NCBI GenBank assembly: GCA_046339595.1
Contig: JBKDUF010000046.1
Location: forward strand, 1,717 to 65,716
From: Betaproteobacteria bacterium
GTDB lineage: Bacteria; Pseudomonadota; Gammaproteobacteria; Burkholderiales; SG8-41
Direction: 5' to 3'
Length of the DNA: 64,000 nt
Translations under genes and position numbers: made by a program
The notes under the pieces: generated by a model
Seen by the model: only the letters and a program-made list of their open reading frames with translations
The model's database searches: none
Told to the model about the DNA's origin: nothing
Shown: piece after piece, positions 59,062-64,000 of the stretch
Layout: every line of letters starts with the position of its first letter
Position numbering within the stretch: the stretch's first letter is position 1

Positions 59062-59910
59062 ATGACCATCAACTGGTTTCCCGGCCACATGGCCGTCGCC
59101 CTCGAGAAGATCGAAAAGGCGATGGCAGACCACGATCTGGTGATCGAGGTGCTTGATGCGCGCTGCCCGCAGGCCAGCGCCAATCCACTGGTCGCCTCGC
59201 TGCGCATGGCGCGCCAGCGTCCGGTGCTGAAACTGCTGAACAAGGCCGACGCGGCCGATGCCGCGGTCACCGCGCGGTGGATCACCCACTTCGAGGCGCA
59301 GTCCGGCGTGCGTGCGCTGGCGATCTCCTCCAAAAAGCCCGGTGATGCGGCGCGGGTCATCGCCGGCGCCAAGCGCATGGCGCCCCACCGCAACGATCCG
59401 ACCAAACCGCTGCGCATGCTGGTCATGGGCGTGCCCAATGTCGGCAAATCCACGCTGATCAATGCCCTGCTCAAACAGCGCGCGGCAAAAGTCGGCGACG
59501 AACCGGCGATCACCAAGGCGCTGGCCCACTACAAGCTCTCGCCGGAGCTGGGGCTCACAGACACACCAGGACTTCTGTGGCCCAAGATCGAGGATCCGCG
59601 GCACGGTCTCATCCTGGCGGCGAGCCACAGCGTCGGCATCAATGCCTACATTGAATCGGAGGTCGCCGAATTTCTGGCCGGTCTGCTGCTCGCGCAATAC
59701 CCGAAGCTGCTCGCCGCCCGTTATGGCACCCCTGCCGATGGCAGCGGCCTGGATGGCGTGGCGATGATCGAAGCGGTGGCCGTGAAACGCGGGTTTCGAG
59801 TGCGCGGCGGCGGCCTGGACACCGAAAAAGCCGCGGTGGTGCTGCTCAACGACTTCCGCAGCGGCGCGCTGGGCCGCATCAGCCTCGAGGCGCCGCCGGC
59901 GCAAAGCTGA
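59062..59910 (+). CDS. ylqF: ribosome biogenesis GTPase YlqF/RbgA (circularly permuted GTPase)
   Basis: MTINWFPGHMAVA. Permuted order G4 NKAD, G1 GVPNVGKSTLIN, G3 DTPG. Confidence 0.9.
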   Translation: MTINWFPGHMAVALEKIEKAMADHDLVIEVLDARCPQASANPLVASLRMARQRPVLKLLNKADAADAAVTARWITHFEAQSGVRALAISSKKPGDAARVIAGAKRMAPHRNDPTKPLRMLVMGVPNVGKSTLINALLKQRAAKVGDEPAITKALAHYKLSPELGLTDTPGLLWPKIEDPRHGLILAASHSVGINAYIESEVAEFLAGLLLAQYPKLLAARYGTPADGSGLDGVAMIEAVAVKRGFRVRGGGLDTEKAAVVLLNDFRSGALGRISLEAPPAQS

Positions 59911-59917
59911 AGCCCGG

Positions 59918-61240
59918 CTATACGGCGGCAACCACCCGCGGCAACCACCACCACTGCAGCAGCCCGCGTAGGCCCAGAAACACCGTCACCGCGGCCCACA
60001 GGCCGGCGTTGCCGAAAAACGGTGCAGCCCCGAACAGCACGGCCAGGAACGCGGCAAAAGCCAGCAGCACGATGTTGCGCATCGGCCGCGTGCGCGTCGC
60101 AGCGAGGTACACGCCGTCATAGCAGTAGGCCCACACCGAGATCAGCGGCATCAGCGCCGGCCACAGCAGCCATGCTTCGGCCTGCATGCGCACCTCGGGC
60201 TGGCTGGTCAGCAGCGCGATGATCGCGCTGCCTGCGGCAAGATAAATCGCGCAGTTGGCTGCGCCTACCGCGAAAGACCAGCCCAATACCGCGCGCAGGC
60301 CGCGACGGAATCCCTCACGGTCGCGCCGCCCCGCCGACTCGCCGAGGATGGCCTCCGCGGCATGGGCCAGCCCGTCGAGCCCGAAGGAGGTGAACATCAG
60401 GAAGGTGTGCAGCACCTGGTTCGCCGCCAGCGGCAAATCGCCAAGGCCGGCGCTCTGCGCCATGAATAGCGCCATCACTGAAACCACGCAGAAGGTGCGC
60501 AGCACCAGGTCGCCGTTGATCGCCAGCATGCGCTGCAGCCGTTCTCGGTCGAGCAGGGCGGCGCGGCGGTTTGCCGCCGGCAGCCGACCCAGTGCATGCA
60601 GCACGCACCACAGCCCCGCCGCGAATCCGGCGTACTCGGCAATCAGCGAGGCCCAGGCAACACCGGGCACACCCCAGCCGAAGCCGTGCACGAAGAGCAC
60701 GCTGAGCACGATGTTGGCGCCGTTGGTGAGCACCAGCAGCGCCAGCGGTGTGCGCGCGTCGCGCAATCCGTAGAGCCAGCCGACGATGGCATAGCTGCCG
60801 AGCACCGCGGGCAGCGCCCAGGCGCGGATCAGGAAATACTCTCGGGCATGCTGCTCGACCGGCGCACTGGCCTCGATCAGCCACAGCGCCGCATCGAGCA
60901 GCGGCCGGTGCAGCAGCAGCAGCATCGCGCTGGCGGCCAGCGCCAGTAACAGCGCACGGCCGATCATTGCACGCACCTCCGCGGCGTCACCGGCGCCACG
61001 CGCCTGCGCGGTGGGGCCGGTGGTACCCATGCGCAGGCAGTTGAACAGGTGGTAGATGAAATTGAACAGCATCGCGCCGATGGCCACAGCACCGATATAG
61101 TGCGGCGCATCGAGATGGCCGACCACTGCGGTATTGACCGCGCCCAGCAGCGGCACCGAGACATTGGCGAGGATGATGGGCGCGGCCATCATCCAGATCT
61201 GGCGGTGCAGGCCGGTGTTGGTGGAGCTGGAGTGACTCAT
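59918..61240 (-). CDS. MATE-family efflux transporter (DinF-like)
   Basis: 440 aa, 12 TM helices. N-terminus ...IWMMAAPIILANVSVPLLGAVNTAVVGHL. Confidence 0.85.
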   Translation of the reverse strand: MSHSSSTNTGLHRQIWMMAAPIILANVSVPLLGAVNTAVVGHLDAPHYIGAVAIGAMLFNFIYHLFNCLRMGTTGPTAQARGAGDAAEVRAMIGRALLLALAASAMLLLLHRPLLDAALWLIEASAPVEQHAREYFLIRAWALPAVLGSYAIVGWLYGLRDARTPLALLVLTNGANIVLSVLFVHGFGWGVPGVAWASLIAEYAGFAAGLWCVLHALGRLPAANRRAALLDRERLQRMLAINGDLVLRTFCVVSVMALFMAQSAGLGDLPLAANQVLHTFLMFTSFGLDGLAHAAEAILGESAGRRDREGFRRGLRAVLGWSFAVGAANCAIYLAAGSAIIALLTSQPEVRMQAEAWLLWPALMPLISVWAYCYDGVYLAATRTRPMRNIVLLAFAAFLAVLFGAAPFFGNAGLWAAVTVFLGLRGLLQWWWLPRVVAAV

Positions 61241-61293
61241 GAGCCGCCAATTCTAGCTGCAGCGGATCCGCCGCAGGGTTTTGTTGCGGCGTC

Positions 61294-61755
61294 TCAACGG
61301 CCGTGCCAGAAGCGTTCCATCTCGAGATAGGTGAACGAAGCCGACCAGCCAATCATCAGGAAACCCGTCAGTGCCTCCATGCCCGACGCAAATCGGATAG
61401 GTCCCACCGGAACCACATCACCGAAACCGACCGTGGTGTAGGTTACCGCGGACAGATAGACCGAATCGAGCAGCCCGAAGACGCCTGGTGCCGCACCGCT
61501 GCCAGACACAACGTGGCCGCAGGCGGGCCATTGCAGAAGCGCCCAGATCAGCAGGCCAAAAATCCAGATCTCGGCAATGTGCAGCGCAAGCATCGAGGAC
61601 ATGCCATAGAGCACCTTCACCCGCTGCTGGCCGCCAATATGCTGCAGGCGACGCGAAGTCAGCAGCAGGCCCTCATAGTGCACCACCACGCACAGCGCGA
61701 CAGCGGTGACGGTCGCGGCGACAACGGCCAGATTCACCAGCCAGTTCTCATACAT
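61294..61755 (-). CDS. two-TM potassium channel-like protein
   Basis: 153 aa with the selectivity filter TYTTVGFGD. Confidence 0.85.
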   Translation of the reverse strand: MYENWLVNLAVVAATVTAVALCVVVHYEGLLLTSRRLQHIGGQQRVKVLYGMSSMLALHIAEIWIFGLLIWALLQWPACGHVVSGSGAAPGVFGLLDSVYLSAVTYTTVGFGDVVPVGPIRFASGMEALTGFLMIGWSASFTYLEMERFWHGR

Positions 61756-61917
61756 GTCGTGTTGCCCTGCGAAAAACGCGGATCACGGCGGCTGTTTCAG
61801 AAACCAGCCTGAGCATGCAACAGGGTCGCCCCGGGGTCAATATCTTGATTCCCCGCCGCCGTGTCGCGTTTTTGCAGGCATCATGAATAAATGGGCTAAG
61901 CCAAGGGACTTTCAGCA

Positions 61918-62958
61918 TCAATCACGGATCGGGCCATGAGTTTCATCTGACTCATGATGCAACTGTGTGTTTTCCAGAGCCACATCCAGCACCGGCTTGC
62001 CGACCATGCGCCGCTCTTCATAGGCAGCATGCGCTCGCGCGACATTATCCAGGGTGTAACGGCCGGCCAAGGCAATCTTGAGTGAACCGTCCTGCAGGGC
62101 TGTGAACAGGTCGTCGGCACGGCGGCGGATTTCGGCGGCATCGCGCAGATGGTCTGCGAGCCGCGGTCGCGTCAGCAGCAGCGAACCTGCCTCCCCCAGC
62201 TCCAGCGGATCAAGGTCGGTGACCGAACCGGAGACATTGCCGTAGTTGACCACCAGTCCCCGCTGGCGCGTGGCCCGGAAACTCTCGCGCAGCGTGGCCT
62301 TGCCCAGCGAGTCGAACACCACATCCACGCCCTGCCCCGAGGTGGCCTCGAGCACCGCCCCGGCAAACCCCTGATACGGGAACACCGCGTCGGCGCCGCG
62401 TTCGCGCGCGACCGCAGCCTTGTCCGCGGAACTGGTGGTGGCGAGCACGCGTGCACCGGAACGCCTGGCCAGCTGGATCAGGATCTGGCCGATACCCCCG
62501 GATGCGGCATGCACGAGGCAGGTCCGACCCGGCGCGAGCGCTCCGATATCGTGGGCCAGGTAATGCGCGGTAAAACCCTGGAATACCGTCGCCGCCGCGA
62601 GATCGAGGGCCACAGCCTCCGGCACCGGCACCGCCTGCCAGGCCGGCACCACCGCGTATTCAGCGTAGCTGCCCCAGACAATGCACCAGGCGACGCGGTC
62701 GCCGACGCGGTGCGAACTTACCCCTTGGCCAAGCTCAACTACCTCGCCAGCACCCTCCATGCCCAGCGTGCAGGGCAGCCGCACCGGATAGCTGCGCGAG
62801 TTGCGATACTTGCCCTGGCGGGTATGGATATCCATGAAGTTGATGCCGGCATGGCGTACGCGCACCAGCAGCTCGCCAGCAGCCGGATGCGGCACCGGCA
62901 GATCGGCATGCTGCATCACCTCGGGGCCACCGTAAGACTCGATCCGGATCGCGCGCAT
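61918..62958 (-). CDS. NADPH:quinone oxidoreductase (MDR/zeta-crystallin family)
   Basis: ATG 62958 (MRAIRIESYGGPEVM...). GINFMDIHTRQGKY and the nucleotide-binding VHAASGGIGQILIQLA. Confidence 0.85.
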   Translation of the reverse strand: MRAIRIESYGGPEVMQHADLPVPHPAAGELLVRVRHAGINFMDIHTRQGKYRNSRSYPVRLPCTLGMEGAGEVVELGQGVSSHRVGDRVAWCIVWGSYAEYAVVPAWQAVPVPEAVALDLAAATVFQGFTAHYLAHDIGALAPGRTCLVHAASGGIGQILIQLARRSGARVLATTSSADKAAVARERGADAVFPYQGFAGAVLEATSGQGVDVVFDSLGKATLRESFRATRQRGLVVNYGNVSGSVTDLDPLELGEAGSLLLTRPRLADHLRDAAEIRRRADDLFTALQDGSLKIALAGRYTLDNVARAHAAYEERRMVGKPVLDVALENTQLHHESDETHGPIRD

Positions 62959-63125
62959 GGTCTGTCCCAGAAAAAAAGAACGGCGATTATCCCGCATCGG
63001 CAGCCATCTTTCGCTGCGCTGTAAGGCCGGCTACAGTGCGGCGACCAAGCACTGAACGCAGCAGCCAGGCCTCGGGAATGCCGTCCGCAGCCTGCGGTCA
63101 CCAACAATCGCCGGAGGGAAAGACC

Positions 63126-63680
63126 ATGAACAGACGCAGCTTCACCCGTGCAGGCATGCTGGCCGTGCTGGGCATCGGCTGGCAGGGCCTGGCCCGGGCC
63201 GCCGCGGCATCTATGAAGGAGATCGCCGCCATGCAGAACAACTGGCGCAACCTGCTCGCGCCCGGCATCAAGCCGCCAGCGCCAGGCGAACCGCTGAAAC
63301 TCGCCGAAGCGGAGTGGCGCAAGCGGCTGACGCCGGCACAGTTCAATATCCTGCGCGAGGAAGGCACCGAGCGCGCAGGCACCAGTCCGCTCAATGCCGA
63401 AAAACGCCCCGGCATTTTCGTCTGCGCCGGCTGCGACCTGCCGCTGTTCAGTTCGGAAATGAAATACGAATCGGGCACCGGCTGGCCCAGCTTCTTCACC
63501 ACCATTCCCGGCGTGTTCGGCACCAAGATCGATTACAAGCTGGTATGGCCGCGCACCGAGTACCACTGCATCCGCTGCGGCGGACACCACGGCCATGTCT
63601 TCGAGGACGGCCCGCAGCCGACGCGGCAGCGCTGGTGCAACAACGGGCTGGCGCTGAAGTTCATCCCCAGGCAGGGATAG
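63126..63680 (+). CDS. msrB: peptide-methionine (R)-S-oxide reductase MsrB with twin-arginine signal peptide
   Basis: ATG 63126 (SD GGAGGG). MNRRSFTRAGMLAVLGIGWQGLARAAAA. Two CxxC Zn sites (CAGCD, CIRCG), GTGWPSF, HHGHVFEDGP and the catalytic RWCNN. Confidence 0.88.
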   Translation: MNRRSFTRAGMLAVLGIGWQGLARAAAASMKEIAAMQNNWRNLLAPGIKPPAPGEPLKLAEAEWRKRLTPAQFNILREEGTERAGTSPLNAEKRPGIFVCAGCDLPLFSSEMKYESGTGWPSFFTTIPGVFGTKIDYKLVWPRTEYHCIRCGGHHGHVFEDGPQPTRQRWCNNGLALKFIPRQG

Positions 63681-63720
63681 ACTGGAAACCCATCCACGCG
63701 CCCCGCAAGGGAGCAGGCGT

Positions 63721-63990
63721 TCAGTGCCCGGTGTAGGGGGAAGGGGCGCGGGTTTTCTCCCGGCGCTGCTGGCAGGGCATGCAGCGCTTGGCGCTGGGGT
63801 AGGCCTTCAGGCGCTCAAAGCTCACCAGCTCGCCGCAATCGGTGCACAGGCCGTAACGGCCGTCGGCGATGCGCTGCTCGGCGGCGGCAATGTCGCGCAC
63901 CTCGCCCAGGTCGCGCAGCACTTCGGCCTCGGAGATGTCGCGAAACAGCCGCGCCGCAGCCTCGTCCCCCATGCTGCCAACCTCGCTCAC
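63721..63990 (-). CDS. DksA/TraR-family C4 zinc-finger protein
   Basis: 89 aa with CTDCGELVSFERLKAYPSAKRCMPCQ. The start may be ATG 63990 or 63972. Confidence 0.8.
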   Translation of the reverse strand: MSEVGSMGDEAAARLFRDISEAEVLRDLGEVRDIAAAEQRIADGRYGLCTDCGELVSFERLKAYPSAKRCMPCQQRREKTRAPSPYTGH

Positions 63991-64000
63991 CTGTTGGGCA

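Noticed and set aside
1-64000. tRNA, rRNA, tmRNA or other structured RNA genes, and IS elements or integrases.
   Set aside because: Scanning the non-coding gaps by eye (473-716, 12502-12658, 16568-16747, 20797-20976, 46444-46650, 52091-52187, 52998-53194, 61756-61917) found no cloverleaf-like or rRNA-like sequence and no transposase or integrase ORF. Absence is by inspection only, not by a search tool.

Overview
High-G+C proteobacterial chromosomal segment. Ten Bug/TctC-type solute-binding proteins and the overall gene content suggest a Burkholderiales-like betaproteobacterium; this is inference only. I count about 70 protein-coding genes, mostly arranged in tightly coupled operons with ATGA/GTGA/TGATG stop-start overlaps. 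I saw no rRNA, tRNA, CRISPR, IS/transposase, integrase or phage genes.

Most of the window is accessory carboxylate and acyl-CoA catabolism:
- one complete tripartite tricarboxylate transporter (tctCBA) plus nine further TctC-like binding proteins;
- CoA transferase, ADP- and AMP-forming acyl-CoA synthetases, crotonase, MaoC hydratase, SDR, thiolase/DUF35, PrpD-like, PhyH, enolase-superfamily enzyme, GSTs and hydrolases;
- glycolate oxidase glcDEF.

The last ~14 kb holds housekeeping and redox genes: ABC-F ATPase, YlqF GTPase, MATE, K+ channel, Qor, MsrB and a DksA/TraR protein.

Most notable observations:
1. Two minus-strand genes make sense only if an in-frame UGA is read as selenocysteine. 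One is a UGSC-motif protein of unknown function (53195..53728) next to an unrecognised 345-aa partner. The other is an AhpE-like peroxiredoxin whose peroxidatic Cys position is UGA (56181..56642). Both have hand-foldable SECIS-like hairpins just 3' of the UGA.
2. Six copies of an 85-110 bp A+T-rich compound palindrome, built from 9-bp-spaced CAGGAT/ATCCTG hexamer arrays, lie between co-directional plus-strand genes. Two copies supply the last codons and the stop codon of the upstream gene. All six are followed by SD-less, U-rich leaders.
3. A LysR-linked TTT transporter operon carries two binding proteins and three tandem bicupin genes.
4. An orphan SPPF-motif DNA methyltransferase is preceded by GTAC-rich 27-bp direct repeats.
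5. A displaced copy of the thiolase gene's 3' end, with native-like codon usage, lies downstream of the current 3' end.
6. There is a decayed ankyrin-repeat gene.

All boundaries, start-codon choices and RNA pairings were worked out by hand from the sequence and the ORF track. Family assignments rest on motifs recognised by eye, not on searches.
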